The translations under genes were made by a program, and so were the position numbers. From assembly GCF_006345805.1 (NCBI RefSeq), contig NC_042997.1:8060001-8124000 (forward strand): a DNA stretch of 64,000 bases. Direction: 5' to 3'. Below, in pieces: positions 13,263-26,503 of this stretch. How positions within the stretch are numbered: the first letter of the stretch is position 1; each line of letters begins with the position of its first letter. Below the pieces are notes generated by a model. It did no database searches. It was given only the letters and a program-made list of their open reading frames with translations, and was not told the origin of the DNA. Origin of the DNA: Octopus sinensis. Its lineage: Eukaryota.

Positions 13263-15285
13263 TGTTTCTTTGTTAGACACAAAGAGCTGAACACAGAGGA
13301 GACAAAATACAAAGTAGAGCTTTTCTTTTTGGGGAGAGAAGAAAAAACACGGGAGTAGAATTTCGATCAAAAGGGATCGTGGAAGAAAAAAAAAAGAGCC
13401 GATCAATAGGGATCGTGTATTACAGAAATGTCATAATGTAAAAAGGAAAACAGATTAGGTTTATCCGTGGAAAGAAAAGCCTACGGAAAAGACCACGGTA
13501 GCCTCGGGCAACATTATCATGCAATAAACACATTACAGTGACTGTCTTTTTTCCTTTCTTTTTCTGGTTCATAGGATTATGCTCAAGGTGGATCCGTCAT
13601 TCACACGTACCATCCTTGCTACATTCGCCCATCTTTTATTGAAACATTCACTAGGAAAACCCTTCCCTCCCTACTCTCACCTTCTTTTTCAAGTGATACC
13701 TGAAAAAGTTGAAGAGAGATTCACCAGAGAGGAAAATGTTTGTCTCTAGACCTTTCAGACTTGTCTACCATACACATTCTTTCGCCATAGCCACAAGTAC
13801 GATGTAAATGGCTTTTCCTTCCCGTTTCAAACAAGGGGGCGCGGCAATATTAGCGATAAATTCGGTTGATAAACTGACTCGTCCGACATGCGAGAGCAAT
13901 CGTTCGACATAGGCTCGCAGGTGGGAAATGGTTGGACACTGTACGAGTGCATGCAGAACGGTTTCTTCGCTCTGACCGAATTTCGGGCAGATCGGCCCGG
14001 TGTTTCTCGAGCCATACCTCTAGAGCTTATCCCGAATGGGTAGCGCCTCTCGATAGTATTGCCAGGCCAGGGATATCTGGTAGTTGACCATAGGTCCCGG
14101 CCCGAAAGTCGTCTTGAACAGGCGGGTCACGTATTCCTCGTCGACGCCCAGGTTCGCCCGAGCTTGTCGTCGTACCTCCCCTCCACTAATCCCCTATATA
14201 ATGTTTTGGTTGTGTAGCAGTCGCTTAAGGCCGACCCGGGACGGCATAGATGCTCTAGAGCAACGCGACACATGAGGTGCCATTCGCCCTTCGTCGGCCT
14301 CTGTTTGATCCACAACTGGAGTTCGATCATGGAGACGAGGTGTGGGACAATGTGTCTCACAAATGGCGAACACACCTGTTCACCGTCGTCCACTAGAGCC
14401 TGAGATGTCGCAGTCTCAGTGCTTGTCTGTGCATCGTCAACCACGGCATGCCCAGCCCTCCTTTTAATGGGTGTTGTCAGCAAACTGATAGTCTGACCAT
14501 CGGAATGCATGCTTTCCACAAGGAGGGGAAGAGAATGCGCTCCAGTTTGGTGATGGTAGGGTCAGGACAATGCACGATGGTCAGGTGGTAGTAGATGACA
14601 GACGCGATCTAAGTGTTCGCCACCTCCGCCCCACCTTTTAGGGATTGTTCCTCTCGGCCCATTGCCGGGTGAGAGTGGCCACCCTATTCGTTAACTCCTT
14701 CCAGTTCTCCGTTTGGAGGTCCGGACCAAACCAGATTTGACCATTTAGACCGGATCGACGTTGCAGCATTCCACAACGGAGGCGCTGCTGAACGGCATGG
14801 GCTTCCTTCTCCACGTGCCGAGCCCACTGACGTTTCCCGGTTGAATTTCGCTCATGTTGCTGTTTCGTAGTATTTCAGTGTCTCGCCGACCAGCTCAATG
14901 GTATTCTGACTTGAAACTATGACGGTGACGTCGTCCAGGTATGCAGACACGCTCGTTCCGCATCCCAATTATCGCAGGATGCCACTCAGCGTCGCCAGCT
15001 TCCGCAGTAGTGGCTCCAGAGTCAATAAGTACAGAAGCAACGTGACGGACCGAACGTGTAATGTCGAAAGATCTCGATAGATGCCCATTCATGCGAATTA
15101 CCGAACGGATGTTTCTGTATAAGGCAGCTATTCAGTTGCGGAAAAGGCCACCGAAACCAGCCGCTATGAGGACAGCCTCCAAGTATCTATCGTCTACCCT
15201 ATAGAAAGCTTTGCATTGATCCAAATTGATCAGGACCCCACCCATACCAGATTCTTTAACTACCCTGTCTATGATGTAGTATCTT
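13262..15285 (-). mobile_element. 5'-truncated Tx1/L1-clade non-LTR retrotransposon (ORF2 RT to C-terminus plus 3' UTR), decayed
   Basis: Minus-strand motifs: LINLDQCKAFYRVD..GFG (RT3), MNGHLSRSFDITRSVR, LLYLLTLEPLL, SVSAYLDDVTV (14930-14941), LKGGLGMP, and the CCHC-like knuckle CPK(F)GQSEETVLHALVQCP. ORF ends near 13570, with multiple stops and frameshifts. Confidence 0.88.
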
Positions 15286-15456
15286 TAATCAAAGAAATTT
15301 TAATTCAATCATTCTGTAAAATAAAATTTGATTAGTTTAAACGTACACAAATACATAAAAAAATTTTTTACTTCCATTAGACATACAAAAATACTATTAA
15401 ATTTCATTCAACTTTAAAAGAAATAAAATCGAACAGAACTTATGGGATGACCTGAT

Positions 15457-15503
<47 letters not shown>

Positions 15504-15504
15504 G

Positions 15505-15720
15505 TTAATTCAAACAAGGACACACAAAAAAACACAACATGAGGACGTGGATCAAATATAGTATTATTGGACGCTCAGGAAAGAAGGATAGAAGGAGGGT
15601 TAACGTTTCGAGCGGAGCTCTTAGTCGGAAACATAGGAGAAGGAAAGATCCAGTGCGTGGCACCTTCATCAATGTCTTCCATTATAGCATCGGGACAACC
15701 AATCCTTGTGAGAGGATTGG
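15505..15720 (-). other. PLE terminal-repeat-like fragment with degenerate minimal hammerhead motif
   Basis: Minus strand ccgactaA-GAGC-tcc-GCTC-GAAAC-GTT around 15602-15630. Confidence 0.5.
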
Positions 15721-15757
15721 ATAGACGGAAATCGAAAGAAGCCCACAGTATTTATAC

Positions 15758-15809
<52 letters not shown>

Positions 15810-15828
15810 ATATGGATGGATATATTTG

Positions 15829-16004
15829 TGTGTCTGTGTTTGTCCCCACCATCACTTGACAACCGATATTGGTGTGTTTATGTCTCCGTAATTTAGCAGT
15901 TCGGTCTAAGAGACCGATTCAATAAATACTAAGCGTACAAAGAAAAAGTTCTGGGATTGATTGGTTCGACTAAAAGCATGGCCGCACTCAAATGACTGAA
16001 ACAA
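15829..16004 (+). mobile_element. SINE-like repeat (family C, 3' half)
   Basis: gtgtctgtgtttgtcccc..cttgacaaccgat..aatgactgaaacaa. An inverted homologue lies at 16082-16268. The family C assignment rests on a recalled consensus. Confidence 0.7.
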
Positions 16005-16032
16005 CTAAAAGAAAAATCATAAAGGAGTATCA

Positions 16033-16069
<37 letters not shown>

Positions 16070-16081
16070 TTTTTCCATTTT

Positions 16082-16268
16082 TTGCTTCAGTCATTTTACT
16101 GTCGCCATGCTGGAGCTCCGACTTAAGTCGAACAAATCGACCCCAAGATTTATTCTTTGTAAGACTAGTACTTATTCTCTCGGTCTCTTTTGCCCAACCG
16201 CTATATTACGGGGACGTGAACACACTAACATCGGTTCTCAAGCGATAGGGGTGGGCAAACACAGACAC
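16082..16268 (-). mobile_element. SINE-like repeat (family C, 3' half), inverted copy
   Basis: Its reverse complement aligns along the whole length with 15829-16004. Confidence 0.7.
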
Positions 16269-16369
16269 GCTAACACACACGCACTCATATACAAACATAC
16301 ATACATATATATGTATACATATATGTACGCACATATGTACAAATATTTGTTGCTTTTGGCATCCTTTTT

Positions 16370-16526
16370 GTCTCGGGAGATAATGGAGTTGCGCATAAAA
16401 TAATCTAGTCCCACATTACAACTAGCCAGGCAATGTCGTCACCGCTACGTTTGCGGCACCTGTCAGAAGGAGTATTTGTCCAGGATAGGACTACACATCC
16501 ACAGCAGGAGATGTATTAGGACATGA
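16370..16526 (+). mobile_element. 3' end of an RTE-clade LINE ORF
   Basis: [27 protein letters not shown] matches the RTE C-terminal C-x2-C..SRIGL.SH motif; it is followed by a long (TA)n. Confidence 0.6.
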
Positions 16527-16527
16527 A

Positions 16528-16768
<241 letters not shown>

Positions 16769-18199
16769 ATTGCAGCGTGGAAGGTGTTCCAGCTTACGAT
16801 CTCAGTTCAGGTTCCTTGCTATGCAAGTACATCTCCGTAATATATATACCTTCACGCACACATGTTTGTATTTTACTTTTAATGTCAATTTAATGTTTTA
16901 ATCTCTTTTACCTCTTATCTCTCAAATCTCAGTGGTACTTCATTTCTTTTGCTTTTCTTTTTCTTTGCATTTATTCGTACCTTTCTTTCTCCTCTTTTCT
17001 CATGTTTTCTTAAATGCTCCTCTACATACTTCGTGTTTGGTTTAATTACCTCCTTTTCTTATCATTTTTGTATTATTTAATTAATTTCTTCTGTCCGATA
17101 CAACATAGATATGTCGTTGAAGTACTTTGTGGCTTATGAAAACATTTTCCTTCACCTAGACGTTAAGAAATATATCAGAATGTTTAAAACTCACGGCTGT
17201 CTAGCAAAAATATCGAACAATTAGTATATATCTATGATGCTAAATGTGCCATTGTACAATCATTATTCTACTCCTTTGTCGGTTTTTTAATTATATCACT
17301 ACTTCATCTGAGCACTAATTGCTTGCATTGTATTTACTTCTACATACTACTTACTTGATGATCAACATCCTACTAATTTCGGACCTCTGCTTCTATATAT
17401 AACATAATTTTTCATCATGTTCGCAATCAGAACATTTTACTCAAAGCAAGTATTCCTATACACAAACCTGTTGAGTTTGTTTTATTATTGATTATTTTAT
17501 TAATATTTTTCCTAAATATGAACCATTACTAAACGTAATGCATAGATATAAATTTGAAATTTATGAAATATGAAATTGTGTACACAAACATAAATAATTT
17601 GATCATATAATCAAGAGATAATTAATTTCCATTTATGCTTTCAAGCTTTAAAATTCTTTTAAGTAATATTTTATTCCCGTATTTTTGAATAATTTTTTCA
17701 CTATTTTATCTTTGATGATGATAATTATTACCTTATTTTTCTTTTTGTTATTTTTGCTTCTTCCTGCCTCCACTCCACCAAAATATTACCAAATGTGCTG
17801 AAATAAACATACGTTATAATTTTATACCTGATTATTTAATTTTCTCAGAGCACACGTTCATTAATATGATTGATGTCAATGTTTACAATGTCAACAAAAT
17901 TAAGCATCAAGTGAGTTGTGGTGTGTCTGATAGCGATATCGTGAATGGATGACTGCTGTAGAAAGGAGAGTAAATTTCAAGCAGTTACTTAGCAAAATAA
18001 CTTTGATATCTGGTTTCGATTCCCTCGTTGTGCAAATATCTTTTACTGAATCTTTCGATGTAGGATCTAATGATACAGTACACATACACCAATACGACAT
18101 ATTCGCCGCAGATAATGATTAAATTTCAATATTTCACTGTATTTCTGTTACCTTGGTAGGAATTAATATTTAACTAATGATGAGTGGCCTCACTAAGCA

Positions 18200-18700
18200 T
18201 AACCATCAAATATTGTCAGGGACACCAAAGTGCCCTTTGCCTTTCTCGGCAAGACATACATGGTGTTTAAATGTGTCTATGGATCAAGCTTCTCGTGTTT
18301 TCTAGCCATTAATTACTTGGACTGGTTAGAGCGTAAAGTACACAGTACCTGTCGTTGATGTACCTTTTTCATCGCATATGTCGATGATATTCTCATTCTC
18401 ACATGAGGTTGGCAACACGATATTGAATATCTTCAGAGTGATCTTGCCCGTATCCACATCACATGTACTTACACTGCTAGCCAGGTCATCCGAATCTTCC
18501 AATTCATCAAGATGCTAGGAATCGACGAGCCCCATTGTCCTTTAACAACACTCTCTATAAATCCAAATCAAATATAAGTGGTAGCCTGAACCTTTCCAAT
18601 ATGTATTTGCTGAGGATACCTCACCTACTCTAGATAACCACTGCCATTTAAAAAAAAACTATGCACAAGTAAGGTTATTACAATATAAAGCCGATTCGAA
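18200..18700 (+). mobile_element. Degraded Penelope-like RT fragment
   Basis: FAFLGKTY..(G)V.MGSSFS remnant and F.AYVDDILIL (YVDD at 18377-18388). Heavily frameshifted. Confidence 0.55.
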
Positions 18701-19517
18701 ACAGTCCCTACGATGAAAACTCATGTGGAATAACGTCCCTACGAAGCGAACTCATGTGGAATAACGTTCAGAATATTTGTAGACTCTGCCACGAGCATAT
18801 GCATATGGTCTTATATTAACGGTGTTACAAATATCATCCGATCGTTTCGACTATGTACATTCGAGTGTTACACTTCTAGATATTTTGTTCACAAGAATCA
18901 GCTTGGTCACACAAGGTGAAATTCAACATACTAATAGCAGAGTTGGGATAATGAATTATCTTTCTCCCTTATGAAACAAAGAAACAAGTACAGAACTTCC
19001 TGCACCGCATGCAATTCTCTGGATATGACTACAAAGATAGGATTCGGGCATACAAGGGCTCTAGAAAGAAGTTAGATATCAAACACAGTGGTTGATATAT
19101 ATATATATATATATATATAGTACAAAATAAGAAAATGGAGAAATACATCTAAATCATTCATCAACTACCAGATAATACCCAAACATATACTTTATCAAAC
19201 CACTACATAAGAACATTAGGGTTAAACATAAAAATATATAACAAAAAGCGTACATGAATGAGTAATACAATACAAAAAGTACAATCATTATAAGAGGGTA
19301 TAAATAAATAAATATAAATAGATATAAATATAAATATACACTATATTAGATATATGTTATCCCATGGAAGGTCGAATTTGCAGCCCCTATCTCAATTTAT
19401 ATATATATATATATATATATTAATCAATATAGGGTGGCAAAAAAAAATTTGTAGAATTTTTTTTGCCGCCAGCGGCCTAGTGGGTAAAAATTAAATACTC
19501 ATAGACCATTTATAAGT

Positions 19518-20231
19518 TCAACATCACAATCAAGGAACGGCCATAATAGGCCATTCACCCACTAGAAATAACAGCCAAAGCTTCAACCGCAAAATAACAT
19601 TTATTCCGCAACCAGGAGAAAATTAAAAAACATTTACCCTGTAAATTTCTTTACGATGCACCGTTTCATCTACTGTTTAATGGTAAACTAACCTGATTAA
19701 ATTAAATCAAGCCAATCTTCCATAGGCCCTTAGATTCGTCAGTAAGAAATAGCCAGATCGGAACAGATATTTTCACGAGGCATTTCTGTCCCTGCCTCGG
19801 CAATATTGACCTAAAATTTCATCATCGCACTCGCGCCAAATTTATCGGCAGCAAATAAATATAAGCCGCCGTTACGGAATCGGCGGCTTATATTATTTGC
19901 TGCCGATAAATTTGGCGCGAGTGCGATGATTTGAAAATTTTAGGTCAGATATTGCCGAGGCAGGGACAGAAATGCCTCGTGAAATATCTGTTCCGATCCG
20001 GCTATTTCTTACTGACGAATCTAAGGGCCTATGGAAGATTGGCTTGATTTAATTAATCAGGTTAGTTTACCATTAAACAGTAGATGAACGGGGCATCGTA
20101 TAAGAAATTACATGGTAAATGTTTTTAATTTTCTCCTTGTTTGCGGAATTAATGTTATTTTGCGGTTGAAGCTTTGACTGTTATTTCTAGTGGTGAATGG
20201 CTATTATGGCCGTTCTTGATTGTGATGTTGA
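19518..20231. repeat. ~714-bp near-perfect palindrome (arms ~354 and ~351 bp, 9-nt loop)
   Basis: 19518-19871 is the reverse complement of 19881-20231, with about 20 differences by manual count (~14 small indels, ~6 substitutions). Apex gccgccg-ttacggaat-cggcggc. Confidence 0.97.
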
Positions 20232-20261
20232 TATATATATATCTATAATATATTGTGATGT

Positions 20262-20312
<51 letters not shown>

Positions 20313-20783
20313 ATATATAATATATATACATACATGTAAGCATGTAGTATGTATGTATGCATGTATACAGCTGTGTACATGTATATATATTGTGTAATCT
20401 TCCAATAATGAAACACGTGTAGTTCCTTCATAGTTTTATAAATATAACTATTAACTAAAGTAGAAGATAATTGATGAAGTATAATATATAGCCTGCTGGT
20501 AATTTTTGTTATATCCTTTATGTATTATTTCGTGATATGCCAACTGATAACATGAGTTTTGTTTCAGATATACTCATTACGTTATTTTGTGTATTATCTG
20601 AAATAGAATACCTGCATATCGATTAATCCCCCCAAATTGATTTAATATTGAATTTTATCAGATACTTTGTATATTTATAGATAAAAATATAATTATATGA
20701 TAAATGAAATCCCAAGGTACGATATGTGGATGCACATAATGCTGAATGGTTGTACCAGATTTGTTTGGAGATTTGTTTTCCTA

Positions 20784-20829
<46 letters not shown>

Positions 20830-21443
20830 CCATACATATTCATACACACACACACATATATATATATAGGGGAGAATTCAAAAAAACAAAAGACGAAGAC
20901 AGGTGGTGTAGACTACTGTGTGTGTATATATATCTATCTATATATATATACATACATAAGGGATGGATAATACGCGACTTCATTGAAACGGCCCTTCCCG
21001 CAAACCAAATTTCCAAGTAAGTTTTTATCTCAATAATTACGATGCGCAGCTTCTATATCTACTATCTCTTCTCTATCTCTCTCTCCCTTTCTTGTTCTTC
21101 AACCTTTCTGGTTTTCTTTCCCACACTTCCCTATTCTTCTCCTCGCCTCTTCACCGTTCCCTTTCTCTCTCTCATTCCTCCTCCTCGACTCTCTCGTCGC
21201 TGACACGTGACGAAAGGGAATCTATCATTCTGCCCATTTCCTTGCTAAAGAAAATACGTGCTTATACCTATCTCCTCTCATAAGCTCGTCTTCCTAGCAT
21301 TCATAATAATTTTTCTGTCGTCCTGGGCTTCACAACCCTCACCGTTTGTTTTTACTGCCTTACTCTCACTGCCCTGTTTTGTTACCCCACTTTCACCCTC
21401 CGCCAAAACCCAAGTTATATATATATATATAATATATATATAT

Positions 21444-21474
<31 letters not shown>

Positions 21475-22619
21475 TATATATATATATATATATATATGTA
21501 CGGTGTTGTGTGTGTGTGTGCGTATACATATATACATATATGTATGTATGTATATATATATATATATATATATGCATGTATGTAGTATGTATGTTATATA
21601 TGTATATATGTGTCTGCGTTTCAGTGGGTGTTAATTTCTTTACGTATGCCTGTTTGTGTGTGTTTGCAAGCACCTATATTCTATGGATGTGCAGGTACAC
21701 ATATACAAGTATTTATATTAAGAAATATCGACGTGCACAGGCGTTCTCACGTAGTATGTTTGACGAATCAACCAATCCAAAGTTACCCGGGTTAATGCAA
21801 GGCAGTAAAGAACTTTGATAATCCTATAAATTACACGGTCTCTACATTTAGTTGCTTATACTCAAATCCCGTGCATTCTTGTGTAACTTCGTATATTCTC
21901 ATCGAAGATGGATGTGGATATCAATGTTACCACATAGCAGCCCTCATAAGTGTTGAGAGATTTCTCTCCACTTGAAATCGTTTGTAGCTTTGTTAACCCA
22001 CAAATAACGAATATTTTTACACCAATGCTGTGTTGAGAACTCATTCTCAATGTTCGATATCAGAGTATATATACACGCGTTCGCGCTCGCCGAGAAGTAT
22101 ATTGAAGAGTATTATATCTCTACAGTGAAAGCCACCCGGCTGATAGAATTTATAGAATTTTGCAAGCAAACTATTTTCAGATGCGTGCCGATGCTTGTCC
22201 GATCAATAACAAATTATCATGAGCATGGAGACCAGCGGAGATCAAACTGACTTGTAATATGTTCCAGTGGATCAGAACGTGTATATATATATTCATCTCT
22301 GAGAGCGGGATTCGATAAACAAGGTCATGGATCCTCGTTTAGTTTAGTTGATTCTAGACACATAATCAGTTCGAAACATCAGTATGATAAAGTTAGCCAA
22401 CGTCAGGAAACTGAGTGTGTGGCTAACACATATTGTCTGAGAGGCAATGGTATTTGTCGAAAGCGAAACACACCAGCGATTAACATATTCTTGCACAAAT
22501 TTACAGGAAATATTACAAATGAATATCCACATCATAGTTTTTATCCTCGCACTTCTACTAATATATATATGTATGTCCACTTTGAGAAATTGAGAGATTG
22601 ACAGATGAATATAAGGATA

Positions 22620-22690
<71 letters not shown>

Positions 22691-24586
22691 ATATATATAC
22701 ATATATATATACATGTATTGCTATCATTCCTTCTCTCTGAAGCGGAATCTTCCCCTCTCTGAGGCGGAACTCTGTCTTCTCAGAAGGGGTCTGCGCTTCA
22801 GCCCCCTCACTCCATCTAGTAACGAATTTCAGACTCGTTCTGATATTCATAGATTTATATGCCGTGTCAGGCTATATGCACTATACCACAACATCTAACG
22901 AAGAGGACAGCTTCACAGACCAGGGCCGCCGACATCCCACTCGACGCCAGTTCTTTGCATGTTCCAAGGAATCGATGTCGATCATTTTGTGGGCTTCAGC
23001 CAACATGTTGTGGACTGGTTTCACTTTCCCCGACCTCTGAATATTTCCCCAGCCGAACTCTCGTCCCTTCGATGTCTCCGACGCCGCAAAGGCATTAACA
23101 TAAAACCAGCCGGCAATGGTGGAGTCGTGGTAGTGTGGAGCGCAGAAGTCTTACAATGCTGAAGCACTCCGCCAACGTCAGGACAACTCGTTCTATTGCA
23201 CTCTGCCTCACGCCTAGCTACTAACAGACTGTGTCCTCCACTCTTCCTGACCTCATCACCTCCACTCGTCTCCCTCCCACCACCGCCTCCAACCTCATTA
23301 TCCGCACTCTCCAAACCCATCTTTTACTTCCTTCCCCAAATCCACAAACCCAACAACCCTGGCCGCCCCAACGTCTCCGCCTGCAACTGCCCCACGGAAC
23401 TGATCTCGAAATGCCTCGACCGTGTCCTTGCACACACCTAGTGGCTTCCATTCCCTTACATATCCACGATACTAACCATACTCTTCATATTTTCAATTCT
23501 TTCTCCTTCCCTCCTGGTCCCTCTAAACATCTCTTCACTCTCGATATCAAGAGTCTATGTACGGTGATCCTACGCCACGAAAGTCTTCTTGCACGCAAAC
23601 GCTTCCTAGACATTCAACGCAACCACCAACCTGACACGTTCACACTTCTTCGTCTGGCCGAATTTGTTCTCTCCCTCAACTGCTTCTCAATCGCGGATGA
23701 GCAACTAGACTCCTTCCTCTCTTTTGTCCGGTCCTTCCATCCTGCCTTCGAATTCTCCTGCACCATTTCCAACATTTCTGTCACCTTTCTAGACATTTCG
23801 GTCAACATACACAGCTCCGCTCTCACTACCATCATCCATTACAAACACACCGACTCACACTCATACCTTAACGTCTCCTCCTCCCACCTGATCCACACCA
23901 AGTTCTTCATTCCCTGCTTCCAATTCCCCCGTCTGCGCAGGCTCTGCAGTGACAACCATGAATTTGAGACTCAGTCTGAACTCATGGCTCACAACTACAT
24001 CCTTCGTGGATAACCCCTCACCACTATCCACACCGTCCTTGCCAGAGTCCGTTCCTTGGACCGTGCCTCTGTTCTCTCTCCCCGCACCCAACCCACCATT
24101 ACCATCTCCCGTTTGCCCCTCACCTAGTACTCCTCCATCCTGCCCCTCCAACGCACAATACTCCGAGGCTTCGGACATACAATCCGACCCCTCCTCTTCG
24201 CACATATTCCCTTTCTTACCCCTTCCCTCCTTCAAAGGAGTCTACATCCTAGGTGACCTCCTAGTCCACAGTTTGTTCCCTAACATCACCTCCTTAACTG
24301 CCTCGTTCCTCTGCTCCCGCCCATGCAACCGCATTGCCCCCACCTCTCCAACACCACAATCCTTACAGGCACCCATCAGCGTCCCTATCTTATCACTGAC
24401 TCCTTTACCCGCACTTCTAGTAACCTTATTTGTTGCATCTTCTCTTTCTGTCCTCTGTGCATTAGTCAAACTGGAACTGCTTGGCTGACCGGTTCGAGGA
24501 GTACCTCTGAGACATCAGACTCGGAAATGAGACCCCTGTTTCGCCCATTTCTGCTCTACCGGTCATTCATAACAATACCTGTCTGT

Positions 24587-24746
24587 ACATTATTTATATT
24601 ATTTACATTTGACTGATATTTGTCCTCATCTTGTTTCTTGTTAACAGAACGTTTCGGCTAATATACTCTCCAGCCTTCATAAGTTGTCTTGGGGAAATTA
24701 AGAACCCAGATTCTCATTCCTGAGGTATTTTTCGATGTTATTATTA

Positions 24747-24805
<59 letters not shown>

Positions 24806-24984
24806 TTAATTTTTATCATTATTATTATTATTATTATTATTATTTTTTTATTATTATTATTATATTATTATTATTATTATATTATTATATTATTGTTGTG
24901 TGTTGTTGTGTTTGTTATTCAAGTCTCTGTCTGGAACGAACTTAAAATCTTGGGGTTAGTAACCCGCGCTCTCTACAACTACGC

Positions 24985-25019
<35 letters not shown>

Positions 25020-25352
25020 CTAATAATAATAATAATAACAAGAACAACACAACAACAACAACAACAACATCAACAATAATAATAATAATAATAGTAAACG
25101 TTGAAAAATACCTTAGGAATGAGGACCCAGATTCGGAATTACCCCAAGACACCTTATGAAGGCTGGAGGGTTTATCAGCCGAAATGTTGTGTTAACAACA
25201 AAGAAGATTATGACGAATATCAGTCAAATGTAAATAATGTAAATAATGTACAGACAGGTGTTGTAATGAATGACCGTTGTAATGAATGACCGGTAGAGCG
25301 GAAATGCAAATAATGTTCATAATTGCTCATCTCTTAAATATAGAACTGTGAC
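24587..25352. mobile_element. Inverted-repeat insert with two hammerhead-bearing terminal-repeat modules and (TAT)n/(AAT)n tracts
   Basis: 24546-24738 is the reverse complement of 25097-25306. The insert is flanked by acctgtctgt (24577-24586) and acctgactgt (25353-25362). Confidence 0.75.
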
Positions 25353-26013
25353 ACCTGACTGTGTTCGGATTGTCTCTGCACAGCGGCCATCCGGACTCCC
25401 GCCTTCCCCGTGAACTGCAATTAATCTTCTCTCTTCGCTCCTTTGCTCCACTTCCGCTTAACTCCCCTCTCCGTTTCATCTGAACCCTCCTCTCCCCTCT
25501 TCATCTGACTCTTCTCCTCTTCACTCTTACCCACCTCTCCTCTCATGCCCTGACGCCTACTTTCCACTGTTCATTCCTACCCACATTCTACCTTCATCGA
25601 TACCCACTCCATCAATATCTACCTCACCCCCACCCCCTCATCCCACTCGCACTCACTCCATACCTACCACCGCATCCTCACCCCAACCCCATACCCACCC
25701 TCAACGCACCCCAACACCACCATACCACACTACACACACCACACCACATCGCACTACCCTCACACACACTAGCACAGACCACTTTCCAGCACCCGCACCG
25801 TCATTCACACGCGCATACATTACAGATGCACACACACACAAACTCTCAGATACACAAACGCACGCGCACCTTCCTTTTGTTATCACCAATACTTTATTAT
25901 CTCCCCATCTTCCTAGCTCGCCTGTCTAACTACCTTTGTCCAGCCAGTCGCTAAGTCCATACATTTTTATTCTCTCTCTCTCTCTCTCTCTGTTTATTTC
26001 CTCGTGTTATTTT

Positions 26014-26042
26014 CTGTTGAAAAGCGTAGGCTCGAAACGTAA
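26014..26042 (+). ncRNA. Degenerate minimal hammerhead ribozyme motif in the PLE 3' repeat
   Basis: CTGTTGA-A-AAGC-gtag-GCTC-GAAAC-GTA, with a palindromic ACGT stem-III region. The core differs from the canonical CUGANGA. Confidence 0.5.
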
Positions 26043-26311
26043 AAGACTTTCTCACCCTCCCAAGTGTCAAATTAATACATTTTTTATACATCTGTCGCTT
26101 TTGTTTTTCTGGAAATTTCAACTATATATATGTATATGTGTATATACATATAGATAGTATGTGTGTATACATACATTTATGTATTATCCTTATAAATATA
26201 TATATATATAATATATATATATAGATATATATATAGATATATATATATCAGTAAGCAATACAAAGTATGCCTTCCGTAAATATCGGTATTAGTTGTGCCA
26301 TTTATTTACTA

Positions 26312-26503
<192 letters not shown>

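Larger units (their letters stand above)
22710..26135 (+). mobile_element. Penelope-like element (RT + GIY-YIG), decayed, RT core deleted, interrupted at 24587-25352
   Basis: Motifs AELCLLRRGLRFSP, FY.LP.IHKPNNPGRP.VSACNCPTELISK, FTLDIKSL, VTFLDISV and FT.TSSNLI.CI..QTG..EYL*DIRLG..GHS. The ORF resumes at 25352 (HLTVFGL..RELQLIFSL..PLNSPLRFI*, stop 25481-25483), followed by a C-rich 3' region with a hammerhead-like motif at 26014. Confidence 0.9.

Noticed and set aside
18704-18765. Two 31-bp direct repeats (CRISPR-like at a glance)
   Set aside because: Only two adjacent copies, no spacer, no cas genes, and eukaryotic context; a local tandem duplication.
19872-19880. Palindrome apex as a retained SMRTbell adapter
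   Set aside because: The loop ttacggaat does not resemble the adapter as I recall it. Other fold-back artefacts remain possible and are noted in the finding.
21700-22560. Higher-complexity stretch that might be an old coding remnant
   Set aside because: No motif recognisable in any frame; a TBLASTX/HMMER search would be needed.
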